DNA of 64,000 bases from an uncultured Bacteroidota bacterium (lineage in GTDB: Bacteria; Bacteroidota; Bacteroidia; Flavobacteriales; UBA7312), in NCBI GenBank assembly GCA_902580855.1, contig CACHMF010000003.1, forward strand, positions 1,147 through 65,146, written 5' to 3'. Positions 48,053 to 57,327 of the stretch are shown here, one piece after another; within the stretch, counting starts at the first letter, position 1, and each line of letters starts with the position of its first letter. Position numbers and translations under genes: made by a program. Below the pieces are notes generated by a model that saw nothing but the letters and a program-made list of their open reading frames with translations, had not been told where the DNA came from and ran no database searches.

Positions 48053-50362
48053 ATGGCGAAAAATTTAGTGATAGTAGAGTCCCCAGCAAAAGCAAAAACC
48101 ATCGAAGGTTTTTTAGGAAAAGATTTTTTAGTTAAATCTAGCATTGGACACATTCGTGATTTGCCTAGAAAGGGCGGTATGGCGATTGATATTGAGAATG
48201 GTTTTCATCCAAACTATGAAATTTCTCCAGATAAAAAGCAGGTAGTTGCAGAATTGGATAAACTATCTAAAAAAGCAGAGTTAGTTTGGTTAGCAACTGA
48301 TGAGGATCGTGAGGGAGAAGCAATTGCTTGGCACTTAACAGAGGCGTTAAAGTTAGATAAGTCGAAAACAAAAAGAATTGTTTTTCATGAAATCACAAAA
48401 ACAGCCATTACTAATGCTGTAGAGAATCCTAGAAATATTGATTATCAATTAGTAAGTGCCCAGCAGGCGCGCAGAGTTTTGGATCGCTTAGTAGGTTTTG
48501 AACTTTCACCAGTGCTGTGGAGAAAAATCAAACAGGGTTTGTCTGCGGGTCGTGTGCAGTCGGTTGCAGTTCGTTTAATAGTAGAAAGAGAGCGTGATAT
48601 TCAAAACTTTGAAAGTTCTTCAGCTTACCGAGTTACAGCTAATTTTTACAATAAAAAACAAAAAATATTTAAGGCAGAAGTTCCTGTTCGTTTCAAAACC
48701 AAAGAAGAAGCAATGATTTTTTTGAATGATTGTATTTCTTCAGATTTTACGATTGCTTCTTTAGAAAAGAAGCCAGCTAAAAAATCACCAGCTGCACCAT
48801 TTACCACTTCTACCTTGCAACAGGAAGCATCAAGAAAATTAGGTTTTACGGTTGGACAAACAATGAGTGTTGCGCAGAAGTTGTATGAAGCGGGGAAGAT
48901 TACATACATGAGAACGGATAGTACAAACCTTTCTGAAGATGCAATAAAGGCTGCTAAAGAACAGATTACTAAAGCTTATGGTGCGGAGTTTTCAAACCCA
49001 AGAAAGTATACCAAAAAGTCAAAAGGTGCCCAGGAGGCTCACGAAGCTATTCGACCAACTTATATGCAAGATGGAACTGTTGATGGAGATCGAAATTATC
49101 AGCGTTTATATGATTTAATTTGGAAAAGAACATTAGCTTCTCAAATGGCAGATGCTCAATTGGAGCGAACTACAGCAGAAATTAACATTTCTAATAGAGA
49201 TGAAAAGTTAGTAGCAAAAGGAGAGATGGTAAATTTTGAAGGATTCTTGAAAGTATATCTTGAAGGGTCTGATGAAGAGGAAGAGCAAAAGGGGATGCTT
49301 CCTAAATTGGAAGAAGGTGATGCAGTAAGTATGCAAGAAATTCAAGCTGTTGAGCGCTTTGCAAAACCAAAAGCACGATTTACTGAAGCAAGTTTAGTGA
49401 AAAAGTTAGAGGAATTAGGTATTGGTCGTCCATCTACCTATGCTGCAACAATTACAACGGTACAAAATAGAGGATATGTGGAAAAAGGTCAGCGGGAGGG
49501 AGTAGAACGCCAATACTATGCCTTGAGCTTAAGAGAAGGCAAAGTTGTAGAGAAAATCAAAACAGAAAAAACAGGAGCTGATAAATCAAAGTTAATACCT
49601 ACAGATATCGGAATGGTTGTGACAGACTTTTTGATGGAGCATTTTAAGCAAATAATGGATTATAGTTTTACTGCGGATGTAGAAAAAGAGTTTGATGAAA
49701 TTGCCAGAGGTGAGAAGAAATGGAATGAAATGATTGGGCAGTTTTATGGAGATTTTCATAGTCGAGTAGAAGAAGTTGCTGAAAATTCGGAAAAAGCAAA
49801 AGGAGAACGCTTGTTAGGTCAAGATCCGCAAACTGGTGAAAATGTTTATGTCAAGATTGGTCGTTTTGGTCCGATGGCTCAAATTGGTGAGGCTAGCGAT
49901 GAGAAAAAACCAAGATTTGCTTCTTTACTAGCGGACCAAAGTATTCAAAGCATCACCTTGGAAGAAACTTTGGAGCTGTTTAAGCTTCCTAGAGTGGTTG
50001 GAGAGTTTGAAGGTGAAGAAGTCGTGGCTGCTATTGGTCGTTTTGGTCCATATTTGAGACATCAAGGAAAATTTGTTTCTTTAAAAAAAGCTGAAGGAGA
50101 TGAACCGTTAACAATTGAGATTACGAGGGCTGTTGAAGTAATTGAGTCACATCGACAAGCAGAAAGAGATAAAATCATCAATCGTTTTGAGGGGGATCCT
50201 TTGGTGCAAGTACTTAATGGTCGTTACGGTCCATTCATCCAGATTGGAGAAGGTGCTCGTAAGAATAAACAGAATGTTAAAATTCCTAAAGGAACAGAGC
50301 CAAAATCACTAACCCGTGATAGATGTTTAGAGTTGGCTGAGCAACAAAAGAAAAAAAAGTAA
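48053..50362 (+). CDS. topA: DNA topoisomerase I
   Basis: 769 aa. TOPRIM N-terminus (LVIVESPAKAKTI, DEDREGE), active-site region YMRTDS, and C-terminal repeats GRFGP x3. Confidence 0.97.
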   Translation: MAKNLVIVESPAKAKTIEGFLGKDFLVKSSIGHIRDLPRKGGMAIDIENGFHPNYEISPDKKQVVAELDKLSKKAELVWLATDEDREGEAIAWHLTEALKLDKSKTKRIVFHEITKTAITNAVENPRNIDYQLVSAQQARRVLDRLVGFELSPVLWRKIKQGLSAGRVQSVAVRLIVERERDIQNFESSSAYRVTANFYNKKQKIFKAEVPVRFKTKEEAMIFLNDCISSDFTIASLEKKPAKKSPAAPFTTSTLQQEASRKLGFTVGQTMSVAQKLYEAGKITYMRTDSTNLSEDAIKAAKEQITKAYGAEFSNPRKYTKKSKGAQEAHEAIRPTYMQDGTVDGDRNYQRLYDLIWKRTLASQMADAQLERTTAEINISNRDEKLVAKGEMVNFEGFLKVYLEGSDEEEEQKGMLPKLEEGDAVSMQEIQAVERFAKPKARFTEASLVKKLEELGIGRPSTYAATITTVQNRGYVEKGQREGVERQYYALSLREGKVVEKIKTEKTGADKSKLIPTDIGMVVTDFLMEHFKQIMDYSFTADVEKEFDEIARGEKKWNEMIGQFYGDFHSRVEEVAENSEKAKGERLLGQDPQTGENVYVKIGRFGPMAQIGEASDEKKPRFASLLADQSIQSITLEETLELFKLPRVVGEFEGEEVVAAIGRFGPYLRHQGKFVSLKKAEGDEPLTIEITRAVEVIESHRQAERDKIINRFEGDPLVQVLNGRYGPFIQIGEGARKNKQNVKIPKGTEPKSLTRDRCLELAEQQKKKK

Positions 50363-50363
50363 A

Positions 50364-51518
50364 ATGGAATTCGAATTCAGTTTCAAACCCATAGATCATC
50401 AGAAATCTGATTATTCATCTAATCAGCTAGGTGGTTTTGTAGAGGTTTATATTGAAGGCAGTTTTCCAGATTTAACAGAAGTTGATGTTGTGCTGATAGG
50501 TGTTACTGAATATAGAGGGACTGCTACAACTGGTGATGCAAAATCTTTAGGGAAAATCCGAAAAGAATACTATCAACTCTATAGAGGAACAGAGCGTTTA
50601 AGGATAGCTGATTTAGGTAATGTTCTGATTGGGGAGAAAACAACAGATACTTTTCATTTGTTAGCGGAGGTATTGCAAGAATGTGAACGAAGAGGTTTAT
50701 TTGTTTTGATTATTGGTGGTGGACAAGACGCGACTTTTGCACAATATCTTTCTTGTGTGCAACAGCAAAAGATGGTAAATTTGGTTAGTGTAGATGCTCG
50801 TTTTGATTTAGGTTTTGACACGGACGATTTAAATGCGAACTCATACCTTTCAAAAATTATTCAGGATGAGCCAAACTTCTTGTTTAATTTTAGCAATATC
50901 GGATATCAGTCTTTTTTAGTTCCACAGGAGGGAGTTTCATTGATAGATAAGCTTTATTTTGATGCACACAGGTTAGGATTAGTTCGTGCTGAAATGGAAG
51001 GGGTTGAACCGGTTTTAAGAAACGCAGATATTCTGTCTGTAGATATGAGTTGCGTACGTTTGTCTGATGCCCCTGCGAATGTTGCAGGATCACCAAATGG
51101 ATTTTCTGGAGAAGAGATTTGTAAAATTATGCGCTACGCAGGATTAAGCGGTCGGTTGAGTTCTTTAGGGATTTACGAATATGAATGTTCAATGGATGTA
51201 AATGAACAAACTGCTAAACTCATATCTCAAATGATGTGGTATTTTTTGGAAGGTCATTTTCATCGTATGAAGCGATTGACTCCAAATGAGAAAGATTTTG
51301 TTAAATATCATGTTTCCATGCGTGATGGTGAGTTTGATGCGGTTTTCTATAAAAACAAACAACTCAATAAATGGTGGATGGAGATTCCATTAGTTGGAGA
51401 GCAAGCAGTACAGTTTAAAGACAATTATTTTATTCCTTGTACCTATCAAGATTATCAGTTTGCTAGCCAAGGAGAACTGCCTGACAGGTGGTGGAAAGCA
51501 TTTCAAAAGATTAACTAA
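50364..51518 (+). CDS. arginase/formimidoylglutamase-fold protein with substituted metal-ligand motifs
   Basis: 384 aa with ureohydrolase-like motif spacing. IIGGGQD replaces GGDHS, VDARFD replaces DAHxD, and SVDMS...SDAP replaces SxDxDxxDP. It also has an extra C-terminal region of about 85 aa. Confidence 0.6.
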   Translation: MEFEFSFKPIDHQKSDYSSNQLGGFVEVYIEGSFPDLTEVDVVLIGVTEYRGTATTGDAKSLGKIRKEYYQLYRGTERLRIADLGNVLIGEKTTDTFHLLAEVLQECERRGLFVLIIGGGQDATFAQYLSCVQQQKMVNLVSVDARFDLGFDTDDLNANSYLSKIIQDEPNFLFNFSNIGYQSFLVPQEGVSLIDKLYFDAHRLGLVRAEMEGVEPVLRNADILSVDMSCVRLSDAPANVAGSPNGFSGEEICKIMRYAGLSGRLSSLGIYEYECSMDVNEQTAKLISQMMWYFLEGHFHRMKRLTPNEKDFVKYHVSMRDGEFDAVFYKNKQLNKWWMEIPLVGEQAVQFKDNYFIPCTYQDYQFASQGELPDRWWKAFQKIN

Positions 51519-51629
51519 CTATCTGAATAGCACTGAATTGCTATCTAGTTTTTCTCCTAAAGAAATTTTAATTATTTTAGCACCGAAATATCCCAAATAG
51601 GGAAATGGTAAATGTGGAATAATTCATTT

Positions 51630-52538
51630 ATGAAAAAATACTCTATACTGATTGCGTTGGTGTTTTTCGGGTTTGCAGCCAATGCGCAGCAAGATCCCCA
51701 ATTCAGTCAAAATTTATTTAATAATATTGCTATTAATCCTGGTTATGCCGGTAGCAATGATGCAATATCCGCTACGGCATTGCATAGATCTCAATGGATG
51801 GGTTTTCTTGGGGCTCCTTCTACAACTAATCTTGGTGTGGAAGCAGCTGTACCAATGTTGCACGGTGGATTAGGATTGAATGTTATGACAGACAACATTG
51901 CTCAAAATGAATTTTTAGGTTTAAATTTATCTTACGCTTACAGAACAGATTTGGCTGGTGGTAATTTAGGGGTGGGTATTTCTGTAGGGATGTTGCAAGA
52001 CGGTGTTAACGGAGGAGATTATGTTTCTGAAGTCGGTACTGATCCTATTATTCCTAATGCAGATGAGAAGGCAGCGGGTTTTGATTTTGGAGCAGGATTA
52101 TTTTATAAATCTGATAACGTGTATTTAGGTTTGTCAAGTACACACATTAACCAAACAACTATTGAGTCTTCATCTGAATTAATGAGAATGGCCAGGCACT
52201 ATTATATTAGTGCTGGATATAATCACGAGTTAAATCCTCAAATGATATTGATGCCATCAATTTTTGTAAAAAGTGACGGGGTGAGTTCAAGTATGGATAT
52301 TAGTTCTCTAATAGAATACAATAAAAGATTCTGGGGAGGCGTTACCATTAGGCCGAGCGAGTCTATAATCGCATTGTTAGGAATGCATTTGAATGAGAGT
52401 TTACGTTTTGGAGTAGCATATGATGTGCCAATTTCTGAAGTGTCTCATGCGGGAAGTATGGAGTTTATGGTTGGGTATAGCTTTAAAGTTGACTACTCTA
52501 AAGTAGTGAAAGGCTTTAAAAACCCACGATTATTGTAA
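51630..52538 (+). CDS. porP: PorP/SprF family T9SS membrane protein
   Basis: Signal peptide ...AANAQ is followed by the hallmark QDPQFSQ...NPGYAG N-terminus. About 300 aa of beta-barrel. Taken from the ATG at 51630; the track ORF starts at 51612. Confidence 0.85.
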   Translation: MKKYSILIALVFFGFAANAQQDPQFSQNLFNNIAINPGYAGSNDAISATALHRSQWMGFLGAPSTTNLGVEAAVPMLHGGLGLNVMTDNIAQNEFLGLNLSYAYRTDLAGGNLGVGISVGMLQDGVNGGDYVSEVGTDPIIPNADEKAAGFDFGAGLFYKSDNVYLGLSSTHINQTTIESSSELMRMARHYYISAGYNHELNPQMILMPSIFVKSDGVSSSMDISSLIEYNKRFWGGVTIRPSESIIALLGMHLNESLRFGVAYDVPISEVSHAGSMEFMVGYSFKVDYSKVVKGFKNPRLL

Positions 52539-52544
52539 AAGTGT

Positions 52545-52552
52545 TATCTTTG
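52545..52552 (+). promoter_or_regulatory. -7 promoter box between porP and gldK
   Basis: TATCTTTG begins 7 nt after the porP stop and lies 94 nt upstream of the gldK ATG. Motif match only. Confidence 0.35.
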
Positions 52553-52569
52553 TGAGGTTACGCTTGCAG

Positions 52570-52595
52570 AATCATCACTCATTTAGGTGATGATT
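52570..52595 (+). other. stem-loop in the porP-gldK spacer (terminator/attenuator or leader structure)
   Basis: AATCATCAC-TCATTTAG-GTGATGATT gives a 9-bp perfect stem and is followed by TTGTGTT. Confidence 0.5.
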
Positions 52596-52646
52596 TTGTG
52601 TTAAAAAAAAGTAAGAAAATCCCTTCGGGGTAAAACGATAAGAACT

Positions 52647-53945
52647 ATGAGAAATTTGTTCGTTTTAGGAATATTAGCAGCAGTTTTAGCAAGCTGTTCA
52701 ACCTCAGGAAATGGAGAGTTAATTGGTGTTCAAAATAGACCGATTTGGAATCCAACAGATCCTTATGGAATGGTTTATTTACCGCAAGGAAGTTTCAACA
52801 TGGGGCCAGGAGATCAAGATGTGCCATATGCACATGTTACTCAACATAAAACAGTTTCTGTTGCAGCGTTCTACATGGATGAAACAGAAATCACAAACAA
52901 CGAATATCGTCAGTTTGTGAATTGGGTTCGCGATTCTATTGCTCGTATTTTATTAGGTGAAGCGGGGGTTCCGGGTTATGAACTAGTTGAAGAAGATAAG
53001 TATGGGAACTTTATCGATCCGCCAAGAATCGATTGGGATAGGCCAATTCGTTGGGATGACCAAGAAGTAAGAGAAATATTAGAAGATGAAATGTATCTTC
53101 CAGAACATGAACGTTTCTACTCTAGAAGACAGTTGGACTCAAGAAAGTTAAATTTTGTTTACGAAACACAAGCTATTAAGGATGCTGCTCGTAAGTTAAA
53201 TCGTAAGCAAGGGCAAAAAGATAGATCTGTATTTATTGATGAAGTAGAAATTAATATTTATCCAGACACTTTAGTTTGGACACATGATTATGCTTATTCA
53301 TATAATGATCCATGGACAAAGAACTATTTTCATCACCCAGCTTTTGATGAATATCCAGTTGTTGGTGTAAATTGGAAGCAAGCAGTAGCATTCTCTAAAT
53401 GGAGAACAAAAATTTTAGATGAGTATTTATTGGATAGAGATGAGCCATTGCATGATGAGTTTCGTTTACCAACAGAATCTGAATGGGAGTATGCAGCTCG
53501 TGGAGGCTTGGATTTATCACCATATCCATGGGGAGGTCCTTACACAACTAACGACAAGGGTTGTTTCTTAGCAAATTTTAAGCCAAGAAGAGGTAATTAT
53601 ACCGCAGATGGTGGAATTAGAACAGTAAGAGTAGGTTCTTATAATCCAAATAATTATGGATTATATGACATGGCTGGTAATGTTTCTGAGTGGACAGACA
53701 ATACTTACGATGAATCAGCATTTAGCTTTGCACATGACATGAATATGGATTTTAAATATGAGGCAGAAGATTCTGATCCAAATATTTTAAAGCGCAAAAC
53801 AATTCGTGGAGGATCCTGGAAAGATATTTCTCACTACATACAAGTAGGTACTAGAGATTACGAATACCAGGATACTGCTAAATCTTACATTGGGTTTAGA
53901 AACGTGATTTCTTTCCTAGGAAGAGACAAAATAGATTTTAGGTAA
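52647..53945 (+). CDS. gldK: T9SS/gliding lipoprotein GldK (PorK), FGE-sulfatase fold
   Basis: 432 aa. Lipobox LASCS followed by GELIGV. Contains FGE/SUMF1-type motifs (EWEYAARGG, RGGSW). It is the first gene of the gldKLMN order. Confidence 0.92.
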   Translation: MRNLFVLGILAAVLASCSTSGNGELIGVQNRPIWNPTDPYGMVYLPQGSFNMGPGDQDVPYAHVTQHKTVSVAAFYMDETEITNNEYRQFVNWVRDSIARILLGEAGVPGYELVEEDKYGNFIDPPRIDWDRPIRWDDQEVREILEDEMYLPEHERFYSRRQLDSRKLNFVYETQAIKDAARKLNRKQGQKDRSVFIDEVEINIYPDTLVWTHDYAYSYNDPWTKNYFHHPAFDEYPVVGVNWKQAVAFSKWRTKILDEYLLDRDEPLHDEFRLPTESEWEYAARGGLDLSPYPWGGPYTTNDKGCFLANFKPRRGNYTADGGIRTVRVGSYNPNNYGLYDMAGNVSEWTDNTYDESAFSFAHDMNMDFKYEAEDSDPNILKRKTIRGGSWKDISHYIQVGTRDYEYQDTAKSYIGFRNVISFLGRDKIDFR

Positions 53946-54028
53946 TTGAATAAGTAAGAAAATTAAATTTAATTTTTTTCGTTTATATTATTAATTAAAT
54001 TTTTGAAGTAGAATAAATAAAGAAAACT

Positions 54029-54643
54029 ATGGCATTAATTAATCCAAATTCTAAAAAATTTAAAAACTTTATGGCAAAGCTCTATGGATGGGGTGCGTCA
54101 ATAGTAATTTTAGGAGCCTTATTTAAATTAATGAACTGGCCTGGTGCTGGTGCAATGCTTACTATTGGTTTAGGCACAGAGGCAATTATCTTTTTCTTCT
54201 CTGCTTTTGAAAAACCACACGAAGAGCCAGATTGGTCCTTAGTATATCCAGAATTAGCTTATATGAAAGATCCGAATGACACATCATCTAAGAAAACACC
54301 AACACAAGAGTTAGATAGTATGCTTGACAAAGCAAATGTAGATCAAGCTTTAATCACGCGTCTAGGAGATAATCTTCGTTCATTCAATGAAACAGTTGAA
54401 GGAGTAAATAAATCGATGGACGCTGTCGCTGCAACAGGGGATTATAGTGATCAAATGCGAGAAGCTGCTAGAAAGCTTGCTGAGATGAATACATATTACG
54501 ATCTACAGTTAAAAACAATGCAAAACATGGGTAATTCAGTCGGTGATACTGAGAAATTCCAACAAGAAATAGCGCGTTTAGGTGAAAACCTTGCAGCCCT
54601 GAATAAGGTGTATGGTAACATGTTAACCGCAATGAATAAGTAA
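54029..54643 (+). CDS. gldL: T9SS/gliding motor protein GldL (PorL)
   Basis: 204 aa. Two N-terminal TM helices, with the conserved Glu in TM2 (GLGTEAIIFF), then a cytoplasmic coiled-coil tail. Confidence 0.9.
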   Translation: MALINPNSKKFKNFMAKLYGWGASIVILGALFKLMNWPGAGAMLTIGLGTEAIIFFFSAFEKPHEEPDWSLVYPELAYMKDPNDTSSKKTPTQELDSMLDKANVDQALITRLGDNLRSFNETVEGVNKSMDAVAATGDYSDQMREAARKLAEMNTYYDLQLKTMQNMGNSVGDTEKFQQEIARLGENLAALNKVYGNMLTAMNK

Positions 54644-54674
54644 TCCAAAGCAATCATTTTAGAAAAAACGATTC

Positions 54675-56342
54675 ATGGCAGGAAATAAATTATCTCCAAG
54701 ACAGAAAATGATTGGCATGATGTACTTAGTGCTGACAGCTCTGTTAGCATTAAATGTATCAAAGACTGTTTTGGATGCGTTTGAAAAAATCAATGGAAGT
54801 TTATACACTACATCAATAAACTTCTCAAATAAGAATAATGAAGTTTACGCACAGTTTGAACAGGCAGCAGAAACAAACCCTGGCAAAGCAGGTCCTTGGA
54901 GAGATAAAGCATATGCAGTCAAGTCTAGTGCTGATGCAATCGTTTTTGATATTCAACGATTGAAGTATGAGATTGTAGCTGCTGGTGATGGTAAAGTGAG
55001 TTTATCTGTTGATGGTAAAGAAGTGGTTAAAGAAAAAGGAACATCTTTTGATCAATTATCTAATGAAGAAAAGTTTGCTTCTTTCTATGAGGTTGTCATG
55101 AAAAAAGACCGAAATAAGTCCTGGGAAATCATGGGTACTGATGGAGGTAAAAATGAAGGAACTCCAATGATTAATGACTTAACTTCATTTAAAGATTTGC
55201 TTCTTTCGTATACACCTAATAACCCATCTATTTCAACATCTCTACAGTCAACTTTTGACTTTTCAAATGTTACTAAAAAGAAAGGAGAAGGAGAAGATAC
55301 TTGGCTAGAGTCTAACTTTAAAGATATGCCTTTAATTGCAGCGGTTACAATTTTGTCTAAAATTCAGGCAGATGTGAGAAATGCCGAAGCAGATGTTATT
55401 AACTTTTTGAAGCAAGAAATTGATGCAACATCCCTTAAATTCACTTCTGCAGAAGCAATTCAAATAGCACCTTCTAATTATATTTTTTTAGGAGACACAT
55501 TCAAAGCAGACGTGTTTATTGCAGCTAAAGATTCAACTCAAAATCCTGTTGTATACCTTGGTGATTACGAGTTAGGTGAAGATGGGCAGTATCAAATGAT
55601 AGGAGAGTATGATACAATCCCTGTGGAAGGAGGTAAAGGTAAATACGCTATCAAAACTCGCACAGAAGGATATAAGAAGTGGGGTGGGTTGATTGCTATG
55701 AAAACAGATGCTGGCACTAAGATGTATCCATTTAATGGCGAGTATCAAGTAGCTAAACAGAGTGTTGTAGTGTCTCCAACTAAAATGAATGTACTATATC
55801 TCTTAGGAGATAAAGTTGGAAACCCAGTTGACATTTCCGTTCCTGGAGTTTCTAAAGACAAGCTTTCGGTTTATTGCGACAATGGTAAAATTTTGAAGAA
55901 GGGCGGATCTTGGGAAGTATTCCCTACAAAAGTAGGTAAGGCTAAAGTATCTGTTTCAGCAGAAATTGATGGAAAGAGAAGAAATATGGGTGCAATGGAG
56001 TTTCGTGTAAAGCGTGTTCCAGATCCAATACCATCTTTACCTGGTCTTAAAAATGGCAAAATTAAAAAGAATCAAATGACTGCTAATTCAACTAAGTTGA
56101 GAGCAGAAATGAAAGATTTTGATTTTGATTTAAAGTTTAGAATTACAGGATTTACACTGGCTGGAACTTTCAAAGGAAATTACGTAGAAAAGAAAGCAAG
56201 AGGTTCTAAATTAACGGACGAGATGAAAGAATTAGTAAGAGATTTGCCGAAAGGCTCTACAGTCTTCATAACTAATATTTCAGCAAAAGGACCAGATGGT
56301 AAAGTGCGCCAATTAGGTGCTTTGCCAGTTAAATTGAATTAA
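54675..56342 (+). CDS. gldM: T9SS/gliding motor protein GldM (PorM)
   Basis: 555 aa. Hallmark N-terminus KLSPRQKMIGMMYLVLTALLALNVS followed by a long periplasmic region. Confidence 0.92.
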   Translation: MAGNKLSPRQKMIGMMYLVLTALLALNVSKTVLDAFEKINGSLYTTSINFSNKNNEVYAQFEQAAETNPGKAGPWRDKAYAVKSSADAIVFDIQRLKYEIVAAGDGKVSLSVDGKEVVKEKGTSFDQLSNEEKFASFYEVVMKKDRNKSWEIMGTDGGKNEGTPMINDLTSFKDLLLSYTPNNPSISTSLQSTFDFSNVTKKKGEGEDTWLESNFKDMPLIAAVTILSKIQADVRNAEADVINFLKQEIDATSLKFTSAEAIQIAPSNYIFLGDTFKADVFIAAKDSTQNPVVYLGDYELGEDGQYQMIGEYDTIPVEGGKGKYAIKTRTEGYKKWGGLIAMKTDAGTKMYPFNGEYQVAKQSVVVSPTKMNVLYLLGDKVGNPVDISVPGVSKDKLSVYCDNGKILKKGGSWEVFPTKVGKAKVSVSAEIDGKRRNMGAMEFRVKRVPDPIPSLPGLKNGKIKKNQMTANSTKLRAEMKDFDFDLKFRITGFTLAGTFKGNYVEKKARGSKLTDEMKELVRDLPKGSTVFITNISAKGPDGKVRQLGALPVKLN

Positions 56343-56359
56343 ACTAAAACCACTAAATT

Positions 56360-57214
56360 ATGAAAAGGTTTTTATTAATATTAACGTCTTTTGGATTGAT
56401 AACATCAGTATCTGCTCAGGATATTTTAGATGGTGCTTATAAAAAAGATATTCGGGACGGAGGAAAAGATCGTTTAGAGCAAAAGTATCACCATGTGCGT
56501 GAAGCAGATGTGATGTGGTCAACTAAAATTTGGCGTGAAATTGATTTGAGAGAGAAAATTAATCAGGTCTTTTATTACCCTGTACAACGTATTGATGATA
56601 GAAGAAGTCTGATAGATGTGTTGATGGATGCTATAAACGAAGGAACTATTACAGCTTATGGTAACGCATACAAGGACGATGAGTTTAAATCTCCAATGAC
56701 TCCTGCAGAAATCAAGGAAATAGGCGTTTCAGGAAATCTAGTAGACACTTTGTGGACTTATGATGAAGATCGTGAGGAAGAAGTATTCGAGTTGATTTAC
56801 AATACTTTTGACCCATCAACGGTAACTCGTTATAGAGTTAAGGAAGAATGGTATTTTGATAAACAACGATCAGTTATGGATGTGCGTATTATTGGCTTGT
56901 GTCCAATTCGAGATCGTTTCGACGAAGATTCGAATGAGTTTCTGGGAGTTGAGCCTTTGTTTTGGGTGTATTTTCCGGAGGCAAGAAAAGTTTTGACAAA
57001 AGCGGAAGTTTTCAATCACAGAAAAAATAATGCTGCTCGTTTAACTTTTGATGATATTTTTCACAAGCGCTTTTTCAATAGCTACATTGTAAAAGAGTCT
57101 AATAAATACGATCGTTTTGTAAATCAGTATAAAACAGGTTTAGATGCTCTGCTTGAGTCAGAAAGAATAAAAGAAGAAATATTCCACTTAGAACACGATT
57201 TGTGGGAATATTAA
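56360..57214 (+). CDS. gldN: T9SS/gliding protein GldN (PorN)
   Basis: 284 aa with a signal peptide. Conserved-looking W/Y-rich core (EWYFDKQRS, FWVYFPE). It occupies the position after gldM. Confidence 0.88.
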   Translation: MKRFLLILTSFGLITSVSAQDILDGAYKKDIRDGGKDRLEQKYHHVREADVMWSTKIWREIDLREKINQVFYYPVQRIDDRRSLIDVLMDAINEGTITAYGNAYKDDEFKSPMTPAEIKEIGVSGNLVDTLWTYDEDREEEVFELIYNTFDPSTVTRYRVKEEWYFDKQRSVMDVRIIGLCPIRDRFDEDSNEFLGVEPLFWVYFPEARKVLTKAEVFNHRKNNAARLTFDDIFHKRFFNSYIVKESNKYDRFVNQYKTGLDALLESERIKEEIFHLEHDLWEY

Positions 57215-57234
57215 AAGTAGAATATGATATAGAA

Positions 57235-57261
57235 AGCCCTCGAATTTTCGAGGGCTTTTTT
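57235..57261 (+). terminator. rho-independent terminator after gldN
   Basis: AGCCCTCGAA-TT-TTCGAGGGCT followed by a T-run. Confidence 0.85.
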
Positions 57262-57301
57262 GTGTAAGAAAGAGTTGTTAGATATAAAGGAGTATTTATT
57301 G

Positions 57302-57309
57302 TATTTTTG
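57302..57309 (+). promoter_or_regulatory. -7 promoter box upstream of the polysaccharide cluster
   Basis: TATTTTTG ends 18 nt upstream of the ATG at 57328. A TTG lies at 57275-57277, with a slightly long spacer. Confidence 0.45.
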
Positions 57310-57327
57310 CGTTAACAAAGAAAATTG

